Assembly: GCF_009914755.1 (NCBI RefSeq)
Contig: NC_060927.1
Origin: the human T2T-CHM13v2.0 reference genome, Homo sapiens
Direction: 5' to 3' (one strand)
Length of the DNA stretch: 64,000 bases
Under the pieces are notes generated by a model, which saw only the letters and a program-made list of their open reading frames with translations, ran no database searches and was not told the origin of the DNA. The translations under genes were made by a program, and so were the position numbers. This document shows positions 29,040 to 42,450 of the stretch, piece after piece (the first letter of the stretch is position 1; each line of letters opens with the position of its first letter).

Positions 29040-30225
29040 TACCTGTGTCATTCAATGCAGTTCACATGGGGCTACTGAGCCCTGGAAACCTGGCTAGGGA
29101 GGCCACAAAACTGGATGTTTAATTGTATTTTTTATATATTTTTTATTATTATTATTATACTTTAAGTTTTAGGGTACATGTGCACAACATGCAGGTTTGT
29201 TACATATGTATACATGGGCCATGTTGGTGTGCTGCACCCATTAACTTGTCATTTAGCATTAGGTATAATTCCTAATGCTATCCCTCCCGCCTCCCCCCAC
29301 CCCACAACAGTCCCCGGTGTGTGATCTTCCCCTTCCTGTGTCCATGTGTTCTCATTGTTCAATTCCCACGTATGAGTGAGAACATGCAGTGTTTGGTTTT
29401 TTGTCCTTGCGACAGTTTACTGAGAATGATGGTTTCCAGCTTCATCCATGTCCCTACCAAGGACATGAACTCATCATTTTTTATGGCTGCATGGTATTCC
29501 ATGATGTATATGTGCCACATTTTCTTAATCCAGTCTATCATTGTTGGACATCTGGGTTGGTTCCAAGTCTTTGCTATTGTGAATAGTGCCACATGCTTCA
29601 AAGAGAATAAAATACCTAGGAATCCAACTTACAAAAGGATGTGAAGGACCTCTTCGAGGAGAACTACAAACCACTACTCAATGAAATAAAAGAGGATACA
29701 AACAAATGGAAGAACATTCCATGCTCATGGGTAGGAAGAATCAATATCGTGAAAATGGCCATCCCCATCAAGCTACCAATGACTTCCCCATCAAGCTACC
29801 AATGTCTTTCTTCACAGAACTGGAAAAAACTATTTTAAAGTTCATATGGAAACGAAAAAGAGCCCGCATTGCCAAGTCAATCCTAAGCCAAAAGAACAAA
29901 GCTGGAGGCATCACGCTACCTGACTTCAAACTATTTTATATTGATGTAGATTTAAAAACTGGCACCCAGTTCCATTACTACAAAATTTAAGTATGTTTGA
30001 AACAACTCAGGTAGGTGAATCAACTTTTTGCTGTAAAATTATGAATATTAAATACACATCAACTATTTCTGATGAAAAATTAACATCCAAATTGAGATGT
30101 GCCCTAAGTGTAAAATACACACCAAATTTCCAAAACGTAATACCTCTAAAATACGTCAAATACCTTGTTTCTCAACTGATTTTTACATTGGTTTACCATT
30201 GATTACATGTTGAAATAATACTTTA
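29040..30225. mobile_element. Charlie1/MER3/MER33-family hAT fossil split by an L1
   Basis: 29040-29130 'cacatggggctactgagccctggaaacctggctag' and 29936-30225 'aattgagatgtgccctaagtgtaaaatacacacc...gattacatgttgaaataata'. Confidence 0.65.
29131..29934 (-). mobile_element. L1PA (PA4/5-like), 5' truncated and 5' inverted
   Basis: 3' end on the minus strand to about 29592, then ORF2 on the plus strand ([29 protein letters not shown]...[14 protein letters not shown]) to about 29934. Confidence 0.92.
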
Positions 30226-30275
30226 AACATGTAATCAGTAGAGTTAAACTAGCCAATGTTATAGAAAATAGCTTA

Positions 30276-30644
<369 letters not shown>

Positions 30645-30879
30645 AAGATATTCCCTGATATAAAATGCAAAATAAGCAAGGTAGTCAATTCAATAACTGA
30701 TTAGTAATAGCCTTTGGCACCTGGACACTTAAAACATAAGTGGAGGAATGCTTCATTTATTCGACATTGGAGGGAAACAAAGTAGTCCACATAAAATCTA
30801 CACAGTAATCCCTCATTAAAACACAGTAGACCGGTAACTTTAACTTAATCTCTAAAACAACATTTAAAAATTTAACAAT

Positions 30880-31200
30880 GACCAGGCGTGGTGGCTCACA
30901 CCTGTAATCCCAGCACTTTGGAAGGCCAAGGTGGGCAGATCACAAGGTCAGGAGATCGAAAACATCCTGGCCAACATGGTGAAACCCCGTCTCTACTAAA
31001 ATACAAAAAAAAAAACAAAAAATTAGCCAGGTGTGGTGGTGTGCACCTGTAGTCCCAGGTACTCAGAAGGCTGAGGCAGGAGAATCACTTGAACCTGGGA
31101 GGCAGAAATTGTCGTAAGCCGAGATTGCACCACTGCACTACAGCCTGGCAACAGAGCAAGACTCTGTCTCAAAAAAAAAAAAAACATAAAAAATAAAAAA
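30880..31200 (+). mobile_element. AluS (Sc-like)
   Basis: Full dimer, 'gatcacaaggtcaggagatcgaaaacatcctggccaac'. Confidence 0.93.
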
Positions 31201-31239
31201 TTTTTAATGGAAACACTTTGAAATTATATTTTACTTTTT

Positions 31240-32146
31240 TTATTATACTTTAAGTTCTGGGATACATGTGCAGAATGTGCAGGTTTGTTACACAGATATA
31301 CATGTGCCGTGGTCATCTACATTAGGTATTTCTCCAACCTGTCATCTACATTAGGTATTTCTCCAAATGCTATCCCTCCCCTTGTCTCCCACCCCCCAAT
31401 AGGCCCTGGTGTGTGATGTTCCCCTCTCTATCCTCATATGTTCTCATTGTTTGACTCCGATTTATCAGTGAGAACATGCAGTGTTTGGTTTTCTGTTCCT
31501 GTGTTAGTTTGCTGAGAATGACGGTTTCCAGCTTCATCCATGCCCCTGCAAAGGACATGAACTCATTCTTTTTTTATGGCTGCATAGTATTCCATGGTGT
31601 ACATGTGCCACATTTTCTTTATCCAGTCTAATATTGATGGGCATTTGGGTTGGTTCCAAGTCTTTGCTATTGTGAATAGTGCTGCAATAAACATATGTGG
31701 GCATGTGTCTTTATAGTAGAATGATCTATCTATCTGACAAAGAGCTAATATCCAGAGTCTACAAAGAACTTAAACAAATTTACGAGAAAAAAACAAACAA
31801 CCCCATCAAAAAGTGGGCAAAGGATATGAACAGACACTTTTCAAAAGAAGACATTTATGTGGCCAACAAAGATGAAAAAAAAGCTCATCATCACTGGTCA
31901 TTAGAGAAATGCAAATCAAAACCACAATGAGATACCATCTCATGCCAGTCAGAAAGGTAATCATTAAAAAGCCAGGAAACAACAGATGCTGGGAGGATGT
32001 GGAGAAATAGGAACGCTTTTACACTGTTGGTGGGGGTGTAAATTAGTTCAACCATTGTGGACAGTGTGGAGATTCCTCAAGGATCTAGAACTAGAAATAT
32101 CATTTGACCCAGCAATCCCATTACTAGGTATATACCCAAAGGATTA
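31240..32146 (-). mobile_element. L1PA (PA7-like), 5' truncated and 5' inverted
   Basis: Minus-strand 3' end to about 31725, plus-strand ORF2 from about 31726 to 32146; TSD tatattttacttttt at 31225-31239 and 32147-32161. Confidence 0.93.
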
Positions 32147-35100
32147 TATATTTTACTTTTTCCTGGCATCTTAAAAAGAAATTTTGAACATGACTTGAAG
32201 TTTATTTTTTAATGACTCAGACTCATTATCATCAATTATTATACTATACTGCAGTCTAACAATGCCCAGAGGGACAATTACACTGTGCGGAGCTGTTTGC
32301 TGCTGCACGTAAATGGCCTTACAATGCTGGGCATTCAGTTTTGGTTTCTGACCTTGAGGCACTTTCTCTTTCTTCCATTGTTTTTTGCTGTGACTTCTCA
32401 ATACTGTTAGATATTGATCACAGTTGGTCAGTTCCACAATTGTTCTGAATTTTGTCCTTCTACCAAAAAATAGCTTGACATCCTTTTAAAAATAGTGTGA
32501 TACAACAACGAACAAATATCCATAAACATTATGGCACATGGTTTGGCTCATGAAAAAAATATTATTACCTGTTTCAATGCTTGTAGTTATGTTTCAGAGA
32601 ACGAGGGTGGCTAGTAAGTCTGACCACAGATAATCATGACAATGATATTGTGATGACAGTGACAATGACAATTATCACAACTATAATTGAGACACTGGGG
32701 GAAGTGTGTAATGAGCCCTTCACAATTATACAAGGTAGATAAACTATAATCTTATTAGTATTTTACAGAGGGGGAAATTAAAGTTAAACTTAGAAAGATT
32801 AACCTGGCTGTGGTTACATGCTAGTAAGTGATGAACTAGTATTTGAGCCCAGGCCTATACCTATTCTCTATACTGCCTGCAAGGTCAGTATCTATATTTA
32901 TATTTTAAAAACAAATTAACAGCAACTTAGATGCAAAGCATTAAAAGAAACAAGGTTACCAAATTTTAACTATACAGATTTCTTTAATAAAGTTGTATTC
33001 TGCTTTACTGAACCTGATATTAAAAGACATTTATTTTGTTTATTCCTCTACTACTTAAAATCAAGGAGATATTACACAATTCTGCTAGGTGATAATATAC
33101 TAATAGTTGAGGTTTATAAAATTACCATTGCTAATACAAAATAGAGTATTAAATACTATATTTAATCTATGAAGGTATAGTTGTCCTTATTAGATTTGAC
33201 TTATGCCTTAATTTATTTGGTAGTTTGGTAGAATCTGATTTGTTGCGTGTCTCCTAAGGCACATTTTGGAACCCAGAGATAGCCTTAGTGACTGGTTTTT
33301 ATCCATCCTGCATGTATGTTGCTTTGGTATGCACAGTGAATGAACATTTTAAACTAATTGTATGACATTTTAACATAGGGAGGTTTCATATAAAATGTGG
33401 GCTCCTGACTTAAATAACTAGAAGATGTGGCTCCATGGGTCCACATTCTCAACACGAAAGCAACTGACAATTGTATTCGAAATGGTTTGTGAATGGCAGC
33501 CACCTCAGAGGAGATCCGTTTGCCAGGTTGCCAGTAAGAACCACCTGGCCTGCTTCTCTCAGTTACCTGCCTCGTTCGCGAGTCCTGCTTTTATCCTTTA
33601 GTAAAAATCTGAAAGTATAACTCCAAACTTTCCATGATATTCTATATTCTAGTTGTTGCACATTTTCAATCGTATTATTTTATGCAGTCTGAACCACCGC
33701 CCTATGGCACATAAATAATATCATTATGAGTTCTTTATACATGAAACTGAAACTCAAATGTAAGCAGCTTGGTTCAAGAGCAGAGAGGTAAAGATCATCC
33801 AATTCTAAAACCACCCACTTTATATTGTGTATTAAATCAATTAATCTTAATTCTATATAGTATACATGATTATTGCTATTATTAGTGTTGTAATTAGCAT
33901 TTTGGGGGGAAACATCTTGTGTGGCTTTCTTCACTGTTTTCAGTACTAACGAACAGGAATCTATCACATCACTTTGCAGTGTTGCCGCCATGGCAAGCAT
34001 GATGGTGAAAAGTTTATGACAGAGACTTGAGAGAGAGAGAAAAAGAGAGAGAAGGAGAGATCAAGAGACAGGGGGAAAAAAGAGAGGTATTTTACTTTAC
34101 ATAAAATATATCCCATGAGAAACAACAAATTATTAACTTTCCTTTCACATTTAATATGGAAACAACAAATATACCACTAAAATTTAAAAATAAACAACTA
34201 TTCCAAATGTCACATGGTGGGAAAGACAATGGAGAAAAGTTAGTGAAGGAACATGTGGCAGGGAAGCATGGTAGGGACTAGATGAATTATTTTATATCAA
34301 GTGGCCTGAGAAGCTTCTAAAGCACCTAATGCTTCAAAACTGCATGAATGAAGGTATGACAGTAACCATCATGAATATCATAATCTCACAAAGGCAAGGG
34401 GAACCCACCTGGACAGCTCATCGGCCTCCTTCACTGTTCTTAACACAGTGTTAAGAACAGAGCTCCAGTCTCAGACAACTTGGCTATCATGCTGTTTTGT
34501 TTCCTAACGTGCTATGAGAAAATGTAACTGTAACTGCCCCCAAGTTTTAATGATGCTTTCAACAGACAGAATTTGAAAGGCTATACAGGTAAAAGTCTAA
34601 TCTTGGGGAGACAGTTAAACCTAGAAGTAGACAAGGAACCAAATCCTGTGGCTATCGGCTTCTCTTACATATGGTGAAAGAAACAGAAGGAAGACCGAAG
34701 ATCCAAGTTACAACTCAATAGTGATGCCTCAACATTATAAAATGTGGATGGGAAATGCAGAAGTTAGATAAAAATCTGCCTGCTCACTAATCTAAGTTAA
34801 TGGGAATAAGGTCCTCAAAAATGAATAATTTTATATTACTTATATATGGATGCTTTCGAAATTATAAGAAAAACCTATATTTTCTGAAAGTAAGTGACTC
34901 AATGTAACATGAGTTATTTATCTGCAGCATAACACTAAGGAAATCATTCAGCTAGAAAACCATGAAATATCTCTTCATAACTTCAAAACTGCTAGTCTAT
35001 TCTGTAGAAAATAGACATGTTTAAACAAGCTGTTTTGCTACACCCAGATAAAAACAGAAAAATTGATTTTTTCCCACTTTTAACCTGCTTATTTAAAAAG

Positions 35101-35913
35101 GTCATAAACAAAACCATTATTATTATAGATACCACATAATTCCCAGACTTAAATGGATAATCACTTGAATAGGGACCTTAGGACCATTTTCACAAGCATG
35201 CACCAACCATTGTTTTAAGCGAAAGAAAGAAAATAGAGAGATGTTTTAGGGCAATGAGCAGCATTTTTAAACTTAAGGTAAATTACCCAGCAGAACTGTC
35301 CTACTTCAGCATGAGTTTGGATTTGAGAAGGTGAATGTTATAGGTGAGTAAGACGTAAATACTCAAGATACTTTCAAAATATCCCTGTGCTCCTAAATTT
35401 TAGGCTTGTGGGGAATAAACGAGGCAGATAATACCAGGAACAAAGTTTATACAAAGACGGTAAATCCTTACTCCTGTGCTACACTCTGCATCAACAGAAA
35501 CTTTTCTGCTAGACTGAGTAATCTCATAAACCCTGTGAGAGAAGTTATATTTCTACCATTCAAACTCAAATCCAGACAGATTGGATTGATATAGCAACTT
35601 TCTTAATCTCTTTTACAGAAGAGAATTAGTCTGTCTGAATTTTGAAGCTAACTCTACTTTATTTGAAAGAGTAGTAGATTTAACTGTTCTCCTTAATCAA
35701 GCTGAAATAAGATTCTGGTTTTAACAAGGAAGAAATGCTGAAAGGGAAAGAAAAAATATTAAGAAAACAGGAAGACTTTTAATGGGACACTCAGTACTCT
35801 CAAAAGTTATTAACATACTGTGAGATTATAATATTCTTAGTGAAGAACAGGCTATAAGTTACTGCTTATTTCTTACTGTCTGACTTCCTTTGGAATAGTT
35901 AGCTGTTTGCTAA

Positions 35914-36303
<390 letters not shown>

Positions 36304-36376
36304 TGATGCTATATTACTTCAATTATAAAAAAATTCAGTGCTTTGAAATCTATCCAGTGAAATTAAAAACAAATAC

Positions 36377-36842
36377 ATTAGCTCTCCCTTATTTTTAGGA
36401 GATACAGTCCAAGACTGCCAGTGGATGCCTGAAACCATGGATAATACCAAACCCTATATATACTGTGTCTTTATACATACATACCTATGATAAAGTTTCA
36501 TGTATAAATTAGGCAAAATAAGAGATTAACAATAACTAATAAAATAGAACAATTATAATAATATACTGTAATAAAATTTATGTGAATGTAATCTTTCTTT
36601 CTCTCAAAATGTAATACTGTACTCACTCTTCTTCTTGTGATGCTATGAAGATAAGGTACCTATATGATGAAGTGAGGTGAATGACCTCATTGTGACATAG
36701 CATTAGGCTACTATTGAAAACTAATAAAAAACTTATGAAATGCTTATTTCTGGAATTTTCCATTTAATATTTTCAAGCTAAAGTACTATGAGTAACTGAA
36801 ATCACAGAAAGCAAAACCACAGATAAATGGGGGCGCCTACTG
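36377..36842. mobile_element. MER44/Tigger7-like Tc-mariner fossil
   Basis: 'ccaagactgccagtggatgcctgaaaccatggataataccaaaccctatatatac...aaccacagataaatgggggcgcctactg'. Confidence 0.8.
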
Positions 36843-39029
36843 TTCTCTGAAAGGAGTGATTTTTTTAAGTCTATCTCTCCAAAATTTCTGACAAACATAT
36901 GCTCCAAGCATATATATTGAAAAATGCAGCATAGTATATGTGTATCTCTAACTTTACCAAATAATACCAAATTGTTTTCAAATGTGGTTGTACATATTTA
37001 TCCTTTGTATGCTATTTTTTCTGTATTTTTTTTGTTTTTGTCATTGGGTGAATTGTTCTCTTTGTAATTCAATGACAAAATCAAAAAGTAGTGTATGACT
37101 TAAAAATCCTCTTAAAAATAATTTTAGAATTTTCCATTCATGTCATGGTTGCTTAGTTTTTAAATAATCTTGCTAATCATGATGGTGTCATATACTCGTT
37201 AGCTAGTATACTGATGCATAATAACCCTCAAGTTAATATTTATCATTGAGAACTGATTTGGTCATGATGTAATATCATATATAATTAAGCTAAAATTTTG
37301 TTTAGAATACTTACATCTATGGTCATGAGGGCTTACCTCAGGAATGCAAGACTGGCTTACCATTAAAAATCAATTCTAATTAACCATAGAAAAGCCATAT
37401 GGTAAGATATCATAGAATAATTACCTCAGATACAAAAATCCACTCTGAGCAGGGAGAACCCCTTGAATTTCCTTCCACATACTAACTTGTAGAAAATGCC
37501 CACCATGGTTAAGAAGTCCCAAATATTATATATAGTGTCTATCCTAAGAGTACTTTATTCTACATACTTATGACCCTAAAAAGACCAATTGGACTCACTT
37601 TTGTTTCTGAAAACAACTCTAGTTGCTCAAGAAAAGAGAGTATCTTTTAGCCTAATGGTTACCATATTATGAACTCAAGCTGATGAAATATAACTATATT
37701 AATTTTGTGTCCAAACATAAGTTTAAGGAGGAAAAACATGAGCATTAGATCTACTTTGCTATCTCCTTTAGAAGTCAGTATTTTATCTTTGAAAGAAATA
37801 TTTAACGAACAAAAGATATTCATTTGAAGATTTAGTAATGGTTATGGCATAGCAGTTATTTAAATCCAACAAGTTTTCATTGTCTTAAAAGTGCATTTAT
37901 GTAGTGCCAGAGGAATATGCAAACAGAATTTAAAACTGGGACCACTACATTATATTCATTATTACTAATTCTAGAAACTCCTGAAACTTATGGGTGACAC
38001 ACTTGTCAGAAAGTTCTCTTTACCAAATAAAGGACAACCCAATCTCTGTGATGAACTGTCATTACTAATTTAGCAAAGCTAGAAGGCAGTTCAGCTGAGT
38101 AGACAGAAAATTAAACATGGGCAGCTCCTGATTGGAAATTTATTCATAGCAGGTAATGAAATAGCACAGTCAGGATCTCTGGTATTACTCAGAGTAAGAG
38201 ATTTAATTCTGGTAACTTTGATGATGGCACTTGAATCACAGATTCTAAATGGTGACAGGTTGTGACATATAGATAGGATAAAATGAGCATCAGCAACATA
38301 TCTCTACAGAAGCAATTCTATAACATCAATTTTTTCAAACAGTAAATATAATAATTTCAAAAATTATGACAAAAGTTTTCAAAGAAGAGGCTTAGGTCTT
38401 AAGCAAGCCATGTGCCATATTTATGTCTGTTTGTCAATGGGTTATAAAATTAATCAGCCTAACAAATGTAAGGGGTGGAAAAATTTGTATTTAAAATATG
38501 AAACATAAATTGTAATTTCTGATTTCATCTGAATAAGGAACAAACTCAAAATTACAGGCAGAGTAGCTATTTTATGAAGAGGGTGAAAGTGAAGGATTGG
38601 GTTATGTATTTCTATGCATGTAAGGAATATTCATTAAATGCATTCACATATAGCTAAATACAAGTATGTTGTTCACATTTTTCAAATATAGTTTTTTTAT
38701 TTTGAATTTTGTGTGCCTTTTTAAATTTTCTAATTACAATGGCATTATTTTATAATGAAAGGTGTATTTTTTTTAAAAAAAAATGGCTATTTCAGACATA
38801 ACTCTCTGATAATTCTCATAACAGAAATATGGCTGAGTAAATAATATTTCCACATGAACAGGTATTTCAATACATCTATTTTGAATTTGTAAAGTAGCAT
38901 ATTCGTTGTGTGTGGTTAAAATTACTTAACGCCCCTTCGAAGGGAGGGGCGTTAAGGAATTTTAAGGATATGTGCAAAAATTCTCTTATCTTTACCTAAC
39001 AAGTTTTATTAGATAAACTAACAAGTTTT

Positions 39030-39430
39030 CAAGTTTTCTTGAAACTGTGATTGACCAGTAGTTTTCAACAGAAATGGCACTCTGCCATGTTCTAAACCCA
39101 GACCATATAAAATGGCAGCTTGCATATCCTGTCTTTTGGGACTATCGCTCTTGTGAGAAAGCCCAAGTTGTCTGTGGAGTGGGCTAGGAGGAGGGGATTT
39201 GGGGTCCTCAATCTCACAACCAAGGCTGAGCTCCTAGCTGACAGCCAGCACCAACCGTAGGTCACATGAGTGAACCATCCTGAAAGCAGATGCTCTGTCC
39301 CCTATATGAGCCACCCCAGGGGACACAAGGTGAAGAAAAGAAGAGCAGTCCACACTGAGGTATACCCAAATTGTGAGTTTGGGAACAAAATAAATATTGC
39401 TGTTAAGTCACTAAATTTTTGGCTTACTAA
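39030..39430 (+). mobile_element. MLT1 (F/G-like) MaLR LTR remnant
   Basis: 'ctagctgacagccagcaccaacc...catgagtgaaccatc...aaaataaatattgctgttaagtcactaaatttt...gcagcaataaataacc'. Confidence 0.75.
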
Positions 39431-39561
39431 GCAGCAATAAATAACCAAAAGAGCAAAGTAGGACTTTGATCATGATTGCTAAGAAGTATTTGTTTAAATG
39501 AATTTATATACACTGGCTTTGGAGGATTTTATCTATATTGTTTAATAATGTCATGACTAAT

Positions 39562-40100
39562 TGTGATGGTTTATACTGACTGTCAACTTGATTGGATTGA
39601 AGGATGCAAAGTATTGTTCCTGGATATGTCTGTAAGGGTGTTGCCAAAGGAGATTAACATTTGAGTCAGTGGACTGGAAAAGGCAGACCTACCCTCAGTC
39701 TCGGTGGGCACCATCTCATCAGCTGCCAGCACAGCCAGAATAAAAGCAGGCAGAGGAATGTGGAAAAACTAGACTAGCTTAGTCTTCCAGCCTCCATCTT
39801 TCTCCTGTACTGGACGCTTCCTGTCCTCGAATATCAAATTCCAAGTTCTTCAGCTTTTGGACTCTTGGGCCTTTCACCACAGACTGAAGGCTGCACTATC
39901 GGCTTCCCTACTTTTGAGGTTTGGGGACTCAGACTAGCTCCCTGGCTCTTCAACTTGCAGATGACCTATTGTGGGAATTCACCTTGTGATCCTATGAGTC
40001 AGTTCTCGTAATAAACTCCCCTTGATAAATACATATAGCTTCATATATAAATATATATATATATCCTATTAGTTCTCTCCTGCTAGAGAACCCTAATACA
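39562..40100 (+). mobile_element. MLT2A (HERV-L) solo LTR
   Basis: 'tgtgatggtttatactgactgtcaacttgattggattgaaggatgcaaagtattg...gagaaccctaataca'; AATAAA near 40010; imperfect TSD ctaat/ttaat. Confidence 0.92.
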
Positions 40101-40767
40101 TTAATAGTATAAACCTATATAGAAAATACTAATTCTATAAAATGGGAAAATTTAGATATTGGTCAAACAGAATGACATGTAGAATAATACAAATGCAATT
40201 TAATAAAACTATATTTACAGAGGACTAAGTCTATATGACAGCAGAAAAAAAACAAATAAAATGGTCACAATAAAAAATAAATTAAGCTAAAACTATAGGA
40301 TGCTTTATTTACCAAAAGCATGCACATGAGAAAGATTAATAGTTAATTCAATAAAAAAGAAGCCGAGTATTAAATAACAATGTTAAGTTTGTCTCAATTT
40401 CTGTGATAGAAATGTTTTTGAAAACAATGATGTATGATCCCTTTTGTTTAGAAAATTGGCTAAGTTTAAATGCACTTTGGTACAACAAGGTACACTACAA
40501 TAAACATGTGAATAAAATAAAAATGTTGTATAACATAAAAATCCATCCACTTAATGTATTTCTTTTTAAGGTATAATTCTACAGAAGAATTGTTTTAAAA
40601 CATAAAAATCTAACTATTTAATAAATATATTTCTTTCATAAGGCACAGTTCTACAAAATAGAGTCAACCCTCCTTCATCCAATTATAAACCAGAGAGTTC
40701 AATTAATTGAATTTCTTGGGCATATTCTACTTCTATAAGATGTACTCAATGTAATTAGTAGAGTTAT

Positions 40768-40834
40768 GTAATTGCAGTTTTTTGCCAATAAAAGTAAGGG
40801 CAAAAACCACAATTACTTTTGCACCAACCTAATA
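40768..40834. mobile_element. MADE1 (Hsmar1 MITE), one end truncated
   Basis: gtaattgcagttttttgcc-aataaaagtaag-ggcaaaaaccacaattacttttgcaccaacctaa-ta. Confidence 0.88.
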
Positions 40835-42204
40835 TATCACAGAATTAACACAGATTTAGTCTTTTTTATTTGCCATAAATCTGTGGCATAATAATAAATG
40901 TTCAAAAGGTGACATGAATACAAAATACCTTCATGAGCAAAACTATATTAGTCCCCAAACTCTGCCTCCTTCTATAATAAAAAGCCTGAGAATAAGAATG
41001 ATTAATCAGTTTGTACCAGAGTGAGTCTAGGCCAGGAACCCAGCTACCATCTTGTTTCTTTTCTCACCTATTACACTGTCTTATCTGGCATGAGTGATTC
41101 CTGAATGGCTATGAAATATAAAATAATGTATGATATCCAGAAATAATGTATGAATTTCCTTCATATATAAGTCATCTAATTTAGGTTGAAAAATGAGACC
41201 TCTTCATTTTATAAAATTATTTGCTGAGACATTTTTCTATACAGCCTATTTTCTAGGTATATTTATGTTTATGTATGATGCAACACTGGAAAGAAAATTC
41301 ATTAATTTTTTTCAAAAATACATACACATATATAAAATATATATAATATGTATATAATACATATACATATTTCAAATATGTATATGTATTATAAAAATAT
41401 GTATTATACATTACTTGATACTTTGCTTTTAATATGCTTGACATTTTCATTTTTTCACTTACAATAAATAATAAACACAAGTTCATGGTTTTTTAACTTG
41501 TCTTTTTAATTTTTGCCATATGCTATTTAATCACGTAAAACACTCTTCTCCTTAAATGGTAGAAGAGGTCAGAGATCTGTCTGATCTTAACAAATGGTTT
41601 CAACACTAAGCCTTAGTTTATTTATCTGTAAGATGGCTATAACAATAGTGTTTACCACATGTAAGTAGAGTTGCTGTGCAGATTAAATAAGATAAAATAG
41701 GTAGCTAATATATCTAAAACACTTGGCACCATACATGAAACATATTATATACTAGTAACTGTTGTTTTATAGTTATAAATTAATTTAGCTGTAATCAAAA
41801 CCATGTAATTTTAAGATATGAAGCAATGAAGTATGATTTTTTTAAATGGCCTACTTAAAACAATGTATTTCTCTAGTAAAAGGAGACTGGCTATGGTTTA
41901 AGTCAAATTGATAAAGTGGCCTTTTAGATATTAAAAAAAAATGATTCACAGTAAAATTTTTAAATGATTATATAACCAATATATTTTACATGGCGTAAGA
42001 TATGTAAAATTGAAATTTAATGAAATATACCACAAATACATGTGCTATACAAAACAAGGTAAAATCCCCTGTACAACAAAAATAAATCCAATTAAGAACA
42101 TTAAGTACCAGTGAGAGAGTACACACACAATGAATTTAGTGAAATTCTTAAAAATTAATGTTAAACAGCAACAATAGAAAACATTTCTATATTGTATGTA
42201 CCTA

Positions 42205-42450
<246 letters not shown>

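Noticed and set aside
41310-41410. TA-rich quasi-repeat
   Set aside because: Degenerate low-complexity sequence with no defined unit.
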